From: Moniliella sp. 'wahieum'
Taxonomy: Eukaryota
DNA length: 64,000 bases
Assembly (NCBI GenBank): GCA_003971905.1
Contig: RSEE01000002.1
Coordinates: forward strand, 1,240,001 to 1,304,000
Reading direction: 5' to 3'
Shown one piece after another: positions 13,290-25,315 of this stretch (the stretch's first letter is position 1; each line of letters opens with the position of its first letter). The position numbers and the translations under genes are program-made. Below the pieces are notes generated by a model. That model was not told the DNA's origin and ran no database searches. It saw nothing but the letters and a program-made list of their open reading frames with translations.

Positions 13290-13735
13290 GTGCCAAACAA
13301 GGCAAGTGAGGCTGCACCGTCTTGGCCATCTCTCTGCTGCGGCATTGTCCTCTCCCTCCCGCTGCGTACTGCTGGTACTCGCCACCGTGTGCCCATCTCT
13401 GTCCGCCGAGGTACGGGGACCCGAGCCTGGATGGGAACTTGGGGCCGACGCAGAGCAGATAGGGGGGTCACGATTCGGGGATGGGGCACTGGTCCAGCTC
13501 GCGGCTGACCTTTCCGAGCGCGATGAGCAAGATGCGCTCGTCCTGCTGCAATGAGGCCAACTCGGTTTGGACGGCACGGTAGGCGTGCTTTAACTCGGCT
13601 TGCCGCGTTTCCAGCGCGTCCAGCAGCGCTGCTCGCGAGGGAAGCAGCGCCTCGGCACGGTCCATGTCCCCCTGGACGACGCGCCGCAGCTGGGCAGGGT
13701 CGGTGGGAGCGCCCAGGTCGGGTGCGGGGGGCCAT
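13290..13735 (-). CDS. Small hypothetical coiled-coil protein
   Basis: ATG at 13735. Helical heptad-like segment RAEALLPSRAALLDALETRQAELKHAYRAVQTELASLQQDERILLIAL in ORF 13468..13788. The 3' end is uncertain. Confidence 0.45.
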
Positions 13736-14533
13736 GCCGGGCCGGTTCGCGGTGATGCGTGAGGCCCTGGGGAGAGGCGGCGGTGCAAGCGAGAACGAGA
13801 ACACAGGTCGCTGGGAGCAGCTGGACATGAAATTGGAAACGTGTGTCACGGGGCGGAGGAGATGGCACGTGACCTGGTGTTGGTCTGCCAGGTTCATTGC
13901 GCGCAGCGCCTCGGCCCGCTATAAAATCACTCAGCTCAGCTCTCCGTCTTTTGGCCTCCCAAGTGTTATCGCCTGCCGACGGGCGTCGATCTAGGTGGGC
14001 GGTCCTCTCCACAGCAGATCCCCCAACACACCCACTACGACCGACGCAGACCTCGTTCCGAGTCTCTTTTGCGCCAGGGCTCTCTCCTGCAGGCGTTTCC
14101 ACCATCCACACAACCCACCCTGTCGTCCTTTGCTCGTGGCCCAGCTGCTATTACCCACGTAACATTCTTAACACATTTCGTATTACCTTCGCCTCCTTGG
14201 TCCACTGCGGTGGAAAGGATGGTTAATCCTGTAGGGTACTCTGGCAACCATATCCTTGATCTCCTCGTCACTCTGTCACAAGTCACATCTCTCGTGTTTT
14301 TCCTCCAGCAACCAGGGGGGCGTACTGCGACTACTATATGAAAACGGGGCTAGGGGAATAGTTAATTAGTGGTGGCATTGGGAGGATCCAGCAGTAGGAC
14401 CAGGACTAACAGAAGACGAATGCATGGCAAGAACGCACCCACGTGCATCTCTCTTAATAGAACAGAATTAAGGGGAAAGCCTTTCGAAACGAAACACAGA
14501 CGAAAGTGGACACAAGGCGGAGCTAGGGCGTGC

Positions 14534-16729
14534 TCAGTTGGGCTGAGGCCGGGCCACCACCACCGCCACCAAGACCGCCACGCCCAAAAAGCCAATCGCA
14601 GCGGGCAGAGCCAAGTCCTTGGGAAGCACCCCAAAGATCAGGTCCTCTTCCTTGCCCTTCTTCGACCGCTTTGGCGCCGGACGTTCCTCCTCTTCCTCAG
14701 ATTCGGATTCAGCGGCAGCAGCAGGCGGGGGGGGCACCGCCTTGGTGGCCGCGGCGGACTTTTCGTGCTGTTCCTCCGTCTCCTCCGCTGGTTTGTCCTC
14801 CTCGGCAGGCACGACTGCCGCCCAGCTGGGCCCACCGTGAACGTGAAGCGTAACCCGGTCCTTCCCCAGCTGTTGAGCAAGACGGACGGCGTCAACCAGA
14901 TCCTCATCGGTCGTGATGACCACTTCGTCCCCTTCATCGTCAACGTATGCCAGCTTAAAGTCCCGCGGGTCCGGCACGGCACGGCGGGCTTGCCCTTGCT
15001 CGAGGCAGGCTGCGGAACGAAAAAGTCGTCGCCGGCCAACTTGATGGCCCCACCTCACGAACGTGCTCCACATTGTGTATGGAGCTTGGAAGCGGTGGGC
15101 TCGCTTGGTGGGCGTGGTAAACTTGAAGAGGTAGTACCCATCGTCTTGAGGCAGATCCTCCTCCCCAAGGCCCGGCCGGACGCCCCTTCCACTTTGGAGG
15201 TACTTTCGTGCGTAACCGACTCGAGCCCTTGAGCTTCGGCCGCCGCTTGGGCCGCCGCCACCGCCGACGCACTGTCGTGGGGGAACACGTCTGAAGAAAT
15301 GTCCCCGCCACTCAGCACGTTCTGCCGTGACGGCGTGCTAGCATAATCGGGGTCGAGTGGCGTTTCATGCGAGAGGTACGAGTCGCCATCGGCCGACGCC
15401 GAGCCGATCGAGCCAGCAAAGGAGGTGGAGCCGAAACTGTTCCAAAAGTGGTTCCACATCGGCCCGCCATTAACCTCGGACGAGCTGCCTTCATCGGTCA
15501 TCGAATTGATCTGCTCCAGTGTCTTCCATGTGAGGCGCAGCACATCCACCACCCCCACCAGCTGGCCCTCCTCCAGGACCGGGAGGTTGAGGTAGTGTCC
15601 ATCGTGCATCTTGCGCAGCGCGCTCTGGATGCTCATCTCGGGCGGGGCCGTGTCCGGGTGAGGCGTCATGACGCGCACCACGCTGCACGTTCGCGGGTCC
15701 AGACCAGCAGCAACGACGCGCAAGACCACATCCTTCGAGGTAAAGATGCCAGCAATCTTGGCTCCATAGCTATCCCCGGCACTTTCCATCACGCATACTG
15801 CGGTAGTGCGGTGTTGTTTCATCAGTTTGGCCGCCTCGAGGACCGAGGTGCGGACGTAACGGTACAAGGCGTTGTACCTTCATCCAAACACGTGGCCAGG
15901 TCGGGCAGCGCCATCTTTTCCCGCAAGGCTTCAATGTAGGTCATCATGGCGTTTTGAGGACCGACGGTGCCTGTGCCCCATCATTTGCACGCCTTCCAGC
16001 GCATTGTAGAGCTTCTGACTGCTTCCGTACGCACGCTCCAGCTTCTCCAGAGCCTCGTAAAATACCTTGGCAATGTCCAGCAGGCCTACAATGTCCCCCT
16101 CATCGTTGCACACGGGCAAGTGCCGGAATCCACGGGTGACCATCGTGTTCAGCGCATCGGTCGCCGACATGGTGTCGCGCGTGACCATCGGCGACGGCGT
16201 CATGATGTCCCGCACGGTCGTCGCACGCGTGTCCAGGCCTTGAGCCACCACCTGCCCACCGCACTCGGGTCAGTCTCACGCACACCACCGGGTAGGCTCG
16301 GGAGAGGGAGGGAGCGGGAAACGTACTCGGAAAGCAAGGTCCTTCGCTGTGAAGATGCCGGCCAGACGCTGGTAGTCATCCACCACCAGCACACAGTCCG
16401 TCCGCTTGGCGGCACAGAGCTGGCTGGCATCGGCCACTGATGTGCTGGGGCACGGTGAGCGCAGGCGTAGGACGCAGGGCGGCGACCGTGCCGGGCGGAG
16501 CGGCGGGCACGCGGGTACGGTGCCGGCCGCCGCGGCGCTTCTTGGTCGACTCGTCGGCGGCAGCGCGCTTGCCGCCCTTGCGCTGCAGCTCCAGCTCGAC
16601 CTTTTTGCGGATGGCCTGGGGAACAAAGAGGCGGACGGGGGGGGTCAGTCTTATCACCCTGGGGGGCGGGGGCACACGCACCTCGTCCTTCTTGTTGATG
16701 CGCGCGCGCGTGTCGGTGGGCGAGTCCAT
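14534..16729 (-). CDS. CBS (four repeats) plus PB1 domain protein with a C-terminal transmembrane anchor (S. pombe Mug70-like)
   Basis: KKDE|AIRKK, AAKRTDCVLVVD...GIFTAKDLAFRV, GFRHLP, GIFTSKDVVLRV, MTPHPD...MHDGHYLNLPV. PB1 acidic motif YVDDEGDEVVITTDEDL. Hydrophobic C-terminus. Introns near 16620-16680 and 16250-16325. Confidence 0.88.
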
Positions 16730-16921
16730 GGTGGGGCGCAGCAGAGCAGCGGGCGGTGCGCAGAGGGGAGACGGAGGGGGAGGTGGCAGGCAGGCAGATC
16801 GGCCGCTGTGGCTGCCGGAACAAACCGCATCGCTCCCGCTCGGCACGGCACAGGGGCAGTGTGTGGGGCACTCCCCCCGTCCCTGCCGCCTGCCTTCGGA
16901 CGGCGAAGCAGCTGCAAAGCA

Positions 16922-16998
16922 CACGTGACCAGCACGCGCACCCGGGTTGGCGTCCTGCGTCCTGCGCCACGCGTCGGCGTCACGTGTGCTGTCACGTG
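16922..16998. promoter_or_regulatory. Three GTCACGTG (E-box/Cbf1-type) sites and one ACGCGT (MCB-like) site in the bidirectional CBS-PB1/NDC80 promoter
   Basis: CACGTGAC at 16922-16929, ACGCGT at 16969-16974, GTCACGTG at 16979-16986 and 16991-16998. Confidence 0.5.
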
Positions 16999-17218
16999 TG
17001 CTGCACCAAGAAAAACGGCGCTGGGCGGTAGATGTTGAAGCGGCTGCGCACTGCGCCGTGCGACGCGGTGCGGATGTGCCCGCGTGCCTGGGCTGGTCAC
17101 GGTGCGGTGTTGTGCGGCGCGGCGGGCGCGTACTTGGGCTGTGCTTGCGCAGCCGCCTCGCTCGCGGCCACCACCGCGTCCCCTGCTCTGCCTGTCGTCG
17201 CCCGCCGCCGCCGCCGCC

Positions 17219-19572
17219 ATGTCCTTCCGCCGCCAGACGCTCCAGTCGATGGACACCAACCGCGACGCCGGCCCGCCGCCCCTCCACGGCACCCCGCAGC
17301 CCGACACGGCCAGCCTCAAGGCCCAGCGCATCCACCCCGCCGACCCCTCGCCCGGCCCCGCGCTCAGAAGCAGCCTCCGCTCCACCACCGCCTCCTCCCA
17401 CCGCGCGCACCCGCCCCTCCGCCCTGCCCCGCTCCGCGCCAGCCAGCCCACCCCACGCGCGACGATGCCGTGCCGCAGACCCCGCGCCGCATGCCCCTCT
17501 CCCAGCCCACCACCCGCCGCGACGCTGCCAACGCCCCCACCTCCCGCCGCACCAGCTTGGCCCCCATCGGCACCCCCTCTGCGTACGTACTGTCCTACTT
17601 ACTCCACTCCTGCCCCCCGGCACCCCGCATGGCTGACCCTGTCCTGCAGCGCGAATCGCTCTGCTTCCTCCGTGCATGGCCGCGCCTCTCTGGCCCCCGG
17701 CGGGCGCGAATCCATCATGCTCGGCTCCAGCTCCCAAGCCGCCCCACGCGAGCCGCGGCCGATCAAGAACAAGGCGTTCCAAGAGCAGATGGGCGCGCTG
17801 GTAATTGCCGCTTGGGCGAGAACCACGTGGCCGGCGGCCAGTCCATCCGCAAGGCCGTCCGCGAGCCCACGCAGCTGGCGTTTATTGATATGTTCCAAAC
17901 CCTCTGCGCAGCCTGATTGACCCCTACCAAGTATTCGAGTCTTCCGCTGGCACCCATCCTGCCCAGGGAACAAGTGGCACGTTGGCGTCGGCTGGTCATG
18001 GCACCAACATGTCCAAAGCAGTCGATGAGATTCTCATGCTCCTTCGCGAGGTGGCGTACCCTCACTTGGAGGACATGACCAAGTCCCGTCTGATGGCGGC
18101 AGGCGGTGTGTCCAACTGGCCGTATTGTCTTGCCATGCTGGGATGGATGGTGCAATTGGGACGTGCTCAATGACCAGGAACGCATTCCCGTTGGGCCCGA
18201 GCAACGCGTCGAGGCCAAGGAGCGTGCAGGCCCGCAGGACCCGTCCAACCAGACCGACGCAAGCAACATGGACTACTTTTATGCTTACCTTTGGAAAACG
18301 TACGAAAAGTTCTGGAAGAACCAAGACGACTTTCCCGAAGAACGCGAATGGCTGGAAGACATTTTCGGTACGTTAGGTCCTCCTCCTGTCGCCCACTTCT
18401 CTTTCCACCTCCTGACAGGTGGTCTGCGCACTAAACTAACCCATCCTCTGTTTGCCAGACTCGCGAGACCAGCAGGTGCTTCAGGACTTGCAGGAGCTGC
18501 GCCAAGCTACCCGGGAACTGGACCACGAGCTCAACATTCTCCACAACAATCCTTCCCCCAAACAAGAGGCGACGACCCGCTACAACCTCTTGGTGAGTGA
18601 CATCAAGAAATTCCAAGACTACTACAAGCACCACATCCTCCGTAAAGTCGACACCACCACCGAACAGATCAAGACTTTCAAACAGACCGAGGAAGTGTGC
18701 AGGCCAACATTCAGTCGCTCGAGGCGACCGCAACCAACTCCAGGCCCAAGTCGATGCCCAACCCATGTCTTCCGAAGAATATGACCTTAAGGAAAAACAA
18801 CGGGCCGTAGGCCAAGAGCAATTGGCCCGCCATTACGAACAGCGGGATAAGGTGGTTGCGCGTCTCAACTCGATTGAGATGGAGTTCTTCCGGATCAACA
18901 GCGAGGTGGAGAACCTGCTCAAGGATTTCAATCAGCTGGCCAAGACGGTGGGTGTTCTACCGGCTATGGTGCCTCGGCACGCACTTACTTCCTCCTTTGG
19001 CGGGGCGGACGAGTCGGAGGAAGCGATTGAGGTGGTGGAGTTGGTGGCGGAGCGGGGTGAGCTCATGCCACCAGTCAATGTCGAGGGCTTCTTGATGCCA
19101 CTAATCAAACGCCGGGAGCGTGACACGGCGGCTCAACGCCAGCACTTTTCCGAACACAAGTTGCTTGTGGGACAAAAGTACGATGCGTTGTTGGATGAAG
19201 TGCAGCGTGCCCAGGAAAAGTCGAGCGAGCTGCACAAGACGCTCGAGGCGACGCGGGCCGAGATTGAGAAGATCAACACCACTTCCCGCGAGTCGGCGAT
19301 GGCCGATCAGGTGGAACAAGACCACAATGCCGCACAGCAACAAACGCTGGAGGATGGTCATGCGGCTGTGACGGAACAAATGACACGCGAAGCACGTCTG
19401 CGCTCCAACTGGAACGCGCTGAGATCCAATCCCAAGAACACATCTCGGCCCTCTGCAACGAACTGGCAGCGGCCATGACAAGGATGCTGACCCTCAAGGA
19501 TCATGTCTCGGACGGGGTCCGGAAGATGATGGACGCCACCAAGGCCAATGGCACATCCACGACGGAGATGTG
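17219..19572 (+). CDS. NDC80: Kinetochore protein Ndc80/Hec1
   Basis: Basic disordered tail, EPRPIKNKAFQ, CH domain DEILMLLREVAYP...MTKSRL.AAGG..NWPYCLAMLGWMV and YFYAYLWKTYEKF, then a long coiled coil. Introns near 17583-17649 and 18368-18458. Confidence 0.88.
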
Positions 19573-21278
19573 AAGAGGAGGCAAGGGGAAAAGGGGTGCG
19601 GTGCTTCTCGCTTCGGTGTCTGTTTGTTTGTTATGTTATGTATATGTACTTTTCCCTTCTCTGTGCGTGTCTCCTCCTCGTATGCACTGCTTTGCTTCAA
19701 TGCCACACGCATACACACAGCTCCCTATACTATGCTTTAGCCCACACCCTTTTCCCGATCCCATCATTACCCTTTCTAGCTCACATCTTCCGTCTTTTCA
19801 ACGGGGCTGTTGGAACAGGGATAATGGGGAGATGCTCCTTGTTCCCTTTTATTTTGCCCCCCCTCCTTTTCCACAACTTTCCCTTCGCCCTATATATGTC
19901 TCTTTTTCTCCTGCGTCCTGTATACTGCCTGAATTTGACGAGCGACGATGCAGTTCTTTAGCTCAGACATGATTTGGACTGGAGCGTGTCTTGCGGCAGT
20001 GCCTGGCCATCGCCGCCGCTATAATACTCGCACTAGTATCATATAGGCGTGTTCTTGAGGAACAAACATGAACGTCATGTTGAACCGTCAAGTTATTGTT
20101 TTCGATCCGTCCACCTGCTCACCATCCCGTCAGCGCACCACCCCTCTGTCCTCTTCCTTTGACCCGCATGCCCAAGGCCAAGTTCTTCAAACTCCAAGCC
20201 ATTGGCGTGTGGCCGGCATCCTCATATCGACCTGTGGTGAACGACGCTGTTTTCGCTGCCCTTCCTTCCTGTCACTGTCCAGTTGCTGTCCCCGTGGCTT
20301 TTCAATGTACTATCGCGCCGACTCCGACCCCAGCCCGGTCACAAAGACTCTTTCCCCTTGCTTCCCCCCCACTGGCAGTAGGTTCAGAACCATGGCCGTG
20401 GATCATCGACGTACTAAGCAGCCACGACTCATTCTCCTTGCTCCTGCACTCTTAGGCCTCACCTGCCTTACCCCTGTCTCTTTTCATTCTTGATAGCATA
20501 CCTCATATGCCACTCGATCCATTGATATTCGATACTGGAGAAGCGAGGTTGATGATGTTGCTGAGACTCTCAACATCCAACCGCAAACGGCCCACTATAC
20601 ATCAGGTTTTTCCAGCATCGTTCAACAGAACACATGTCCAAAGAAACATACCTTTAAGGAACGGGAACGGGCGTCGTTGTGGTTCGAAATATCCTCTTGC
20701 CTTGCCTTTTCTGAGCAGATATTTCTCGCATACCTTCTAAGCACACAGCGTCCCGATAATGCTAACATTGTTGCCGTCGAAAGGCAAGCCACAAGGTTCT
20801 AGGCAGCTCGGAAGAGATTCAAATGGAATTCGGCCATTGTCTTTAAAAGAGTACATCGTCCACCACTACGACCACCTTTTTCGTGTCAGCACTCTGTTTG
20901 CGAAGCAATGGTACTTCTGACGCCCTGGTAAAAATGTCGCCCAGAGATATGATCTCAGTGGGGTGAAGTGAGGTTCCTATGTATGGCTGACCACAGCACG
21001 CAGCTTAGGTAGGATGACGTGATGGCCAGTTAGCCCTCAGTATTCTGCTCCAAGAACCTACGGCGAGCTACAGCAGGGACAAAGCAACGGGGAGCGAAAG
21101 GCGAGTGGTGGCTTTTGAAGGAACATGATGCAGGATAGACAGGAAAAAGGAAGAGCGATGTAGTCAGATTTGGCAGGGCTTTAGTTTGTTGGGGCCTACC
21201 AACAGTTTCTCCTCCGTTCCCTTGCGGGCCTCGGGGCCCGGCGGGGAGCGTGGACATAGGCCAGCAGGACCGAGGATC

Positions 21279-21610
21279 TCATGGCAAGTTGAAGCCGAGG
21301 AAGCCATGCACGCCCTGTGCTGGGCCACCAGCTGTTCGCACTTGCGTGCCGACTCGCCATGCTCTTCGACCGAGTGGCCAAACTTGAAGAAACAGTCGTC
21401 CCGCGCCGCTTTGGTTTCGGGGCAAGCGCAGCACCTGCCGGTCCGCCGCGAGAGAAACAGTGAGTCAGTCGGCAGCTGCAAGACACAGGATAGCACACAG
21501 GCAGGCAGACACGTACGGCTTGATGCCCGTGGGGTTGAGCTCGGTGACAAACTTGTTGGGCTTGGCGGCGGGGGCAGAGGCGGGAACGGGGCGAGGGTGT
21601 CGACAGACAT
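21279..21610 (-). CDS. COX17: Mitochondrial copper chaperone Cox17
   Basis: KP|CCACPETKAARDDCF...C..LV..HRACM..GF.L (twin CX9C). Intron at about 21435-21515. Confidence 0.93.
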
Positions 21611-22736
21611 GGTTGCTTGGGCGGTGGTGGTGGTGGTGGTGGCGGCACAAGGGAAGGAGGCGTGCGGAGGGATCGGCGGCAAGTTGGAATGTGCTGAGTT
21701 TGCGCCAGCTCTCGGTGAACAAATGATGTGATCGGCCCAAACCGGAAGTGGCGATACCAGTCGATGACCTGAGGAAGCCTGAGGAACGGAGCGGAGTTAA
21801 GTTACGTAACCCGGACGTAGCTGGTACCGCTGCAATTTTGAAACCACTCCCATGCGATTCTCGACCAACGCGTCGCCGTCTCGGTCGTGGACGCGTGACT
21901 GAGTGATCTTGCCCAACAGGCTGTCTTTTCTGGAGTAACCAACTCAGTTATCAGTTCAGATGGGGGGTCTGCGACACACTTGGAATCATGCATCTATGCT
22001 AGTGTTGAGCAGCTGGCGATAACACTGTTTACAGAAAGGAGATTGGCTGATACTCTGTCGATGCACAGAGGACCAACATACTGATGCACCTGATGCAACT
22101 GATGAGGCGGGTAAAAAAGGGAAAAAAAGAGCGGAGACCGATGGCACAGCCCGTTGGACCCGGTCGGTCGCGGCAGTGTTCAATGGCTCCACCAGCTCGT
22201 GGGCCTCAATGCCCAAGGCACAAGGCCTGACTGAGCACGGCCTGACCTGGGACCACGCGGCGTGTGTCTCTCAAGCGGGGGAAGCGCAGTGCGCGTATCG
22301 GGGGTCGAGGAGGTGGAATGTTCGACAGGAGCGCAGGGCCAAACACGACCACCGGTGCGCGTCTCGCAGGCCACCGCCGCCCCCACTGTCCGCCGCTGGT
22401 GCTGCTGGTCTGGACAGTGTACTGACAAAAGGCAGTCGAGGGCCCAGCGCCGCCGGCAGTATCCGTCTCTTATCGCACACTGCCCCCGCGGCGCCCACCC
22501 CTCTGACCTGAGCACGTCCGCTGAGACGCAGCGGCAGCACGGGGGCGGTGTGGCATGCTGGCCGCGTGGCGCCAGTGCCTCAGCCGCAGCGGGGGCCGAT
22601 CGACGTTGTCTGTCCAGCACGCTGTTATCATTCGCATTTTTTTCGCCCACAGCACCCGCCCACACGACCCAGCGGAGGGTACGGCCTGGGGTACCCCCCC
22701 CCAAACACCTCGAATACCTTCTGGCTTCGCACCACC

Positions 22737-24293
22737 ATGCCCCACATACCCTGCCCAGCCCCCACCATCGTCCCCAACTGCTCCCGCCCCGCTGCTGCTG
22801 CTTCAGCTGGCCCCGCTGCCGTTATACCACTGCTGCCATATCGCCTTGCTCATTCTACCGTCGTCGGCCCATCCAACCTCCTCGAACCCTCCGTCGCCCC
22901 CATGCCGCTCCGGTCCTGTCTCAAGCGCCCTTCTAGTCCCTGCACCGCCCCGCGACACCGGACGTTGGCCCACCCCTTCGGCCAGCAACGCCTCCCTCGC
23001 CTTATCGGTCTCCAGCTCTTCTTCTGCCGCGAGCAGACCTGCCTCCCCCCGCACCGTTCGCTTCTCTTCCGCCCAAGCCCCCGTGTTCGCTGCCCACAGT
23101 CCCACTGAATACGACCGCCGCCCCTCTGAGGTCCGCCGAGATGGATTGGCCCGTTTTCTTGGTGCTGGGCCCCACCGTCTCGAGGGCCACGAAGACACAC
23201 GGATGCCCCTCCGCCAGGCACTGGTGCCGGAGATGCATGGGCCAAAGTTCAGGCCAGCTCGGCACATGAAACGGAAATGGCCCTAGCTGTGGACAACCTG
23301 GACGTGCATGGGAGTGTTGATGCGGCTTGGGAGTTAGGCGCTGCCCGCCTTTTGGGACAACTGTCACCATCCCAGTCGCCGTTGGACAAGTCCAGTCCTC
23401 CTGCTCCTTTGTCTACTCCATTACCTGCTCCTGAGGTCACTGTCGATGCACCGTCTCCCGTGTCACCTCTTCCTTCTTGCGCCCGCCCGCCATGACGGAG
23501 AGGAACCGCTGTCTCACCCGCCTAGTGCCGCTCCTTCGACGGGCTGCATTGATTATCCTCCGTCCGGAAGCGCCCCAGGTATACCAAGTTCATCCGAGCT
23601 CAGGCCGGGGGGTTAGAGCAGGAAGATCAGAAGGATGATGAGGAGGAGGAGGAGGAAGAATTGGAACAAGATACAGATCATCTGCCTTTTCTCGATGCGC
23701 GGGACGAGAATGCGCTGGAAGTTCCACGGGCCCGGAAGAAAAAACCGTCAAAACCTCTCTCGGACGACGCGCACTCTCTTCCCTCCCACGGACCCGGCCA
23801 CGCTGTTTCCCATCCTTCGCCACCGAGCCCATCGCCATTTCCCGCCCTACCCTTGGACGGGCTACTACTGCACCACCCCACCCCGAGGCCGAGTCCGGAT
23901 GGGCTTTCTTCGCCCCGATCTCCTCCCCTGTTAGGCAGCAGAACTTTTTCGAATGGCTCACTTCCTTCCCTTTCCTCCTCCCCACTTCTTCCCACTCCCT
24001 CTCCCTTTCGCCTACCGTCACTCCACTTGCGTCTCCTTCCCCTGTCTCCCCCGCGTGGGAGAGGGAGAGGGCGATGCTGGCATGGGAAGCCATCACCACG
24101 TTCGACTCAACAGGAAAGCGCATGTGCAGAGGGTATGCCTCATGGCTCGCTTTGGCCTGCTGGACCAACCGCGCCCCCCTCTGCCCGGATCGGGGGAAGG
24201 CGAAGCGTTGCCCGCTTCGGGACCCACCCACCCCATCTACGATCGTTAGCTCTCTATCCGTACATTGCATTTTGTTTCCTTGCTGGAGTTTGA
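22737..24293 (+). CDS. Hypothetical Pro/Ser-rich protein with SCLK and RVxF-like motifs
   Basis: MPHIPCP...PLRSCLKRP...PRTVRF...HSPTEYDRRP, followed by an acidic tract at about 23630-23700. Frameshifted, and the end is uncertain. Confidence 0.55.
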
Positions 24294-25315
24294 TTTCAGT
24301 TCGTCTTTTTTGTCGGTCATCCGTCTGTCCCCCCCTTTCCCCCTCGTTGTCCTCCCCTCCATCCTCTTCCTCCTCGGATTTCAGCCGCGCAGACCTTTGA
24401 TCCCACATTGGATCAATGTTCTCGTCTGGGCCGAAACTCTGCTCTGTCGGTTGGTTCCCTTTTGTCGCTCAACCTTGTTCCTCGTATCGTCTTATACTTT
24501 GACTTGTTCAACGTTCATTGCACCCGTGCCCCACCGCTTCCCCTTGCGCCGAGTGCCTCAGCAGTGAAGCGTGGGTTGTTCCATGGGATTCGTCCCCGCC
24601 AGACTGCCAAGCCTCATCCCCTATTCCCTCTTCTTTTTCATCCCATATGAACACCTATTCGGACCATTCCTACTCCGTTTTTTACCCATCTCTCGCCTTT
24701 TGACCCCTGCTCCTGCTAGGTGTAGCGTTGCTGTAGCCGCCGCCCAACACATCCTATCTCTTACACTAGCGCACGCCCCCTTTTTCCAAATCACATATAG
24801 GTACAGTGGCTGATCCATCAGTGATCCGTTCTGTCTCCGTCTCGGTCGCATGTTCTCGCTCCTACACTCTTTATCAGTTCCACTTTGTTGTTCACAATGG
24901 TCCCACTACTGCCACATCCAATGCTGCTGTCAGGGAAGAGTAGAAATGGTATGGCTCATACCCTCCGTTACTCACTTCTGCAAGCAACGAGGACACGCCT
25001 ATATATGTCTCGATGCCATAGTATGTGAGTCAGGTTTTGTTGTTGCACTGTGCAGTGCTTCATCGAACAGGAACAGTTTATATAAAAGGTAGGGTGGGTG
25101 TGTCATATACAATTACCACCGTGTGGTTCCATGGCAGGGGAGAGAGGAGAGGAGAGAGTGAGGACGAAAGCGAGGGGGATGACGCGATGATGTGCGTTGC
25201 GGTTCATACCGACAGTCGGCCGGTATTAAGGTACAGTATTTCGGCCAACAAGGAAACAGAGGTTGGAGAGGAAGCAAGACCTTTGAACCCAAAGGGTCCG
25301 GCGGGTTCAAGCTCC

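Noticed and set aside
14010..14356. Firm call of RNase MRP/P RNA or snR30/U17
   Set aside because: There is no canonical GAAAGUCCCC CR-I, and the AACCAT element is not followed by a correctly spaced ACA. Kept only as an unidentified ncRNA candidate.
19600..21200. Short ORFs between NDC80 and COX17
   Set aside because: No homology or coding-like pattern that I can recognise, so probably UTR or intergenic sequence.
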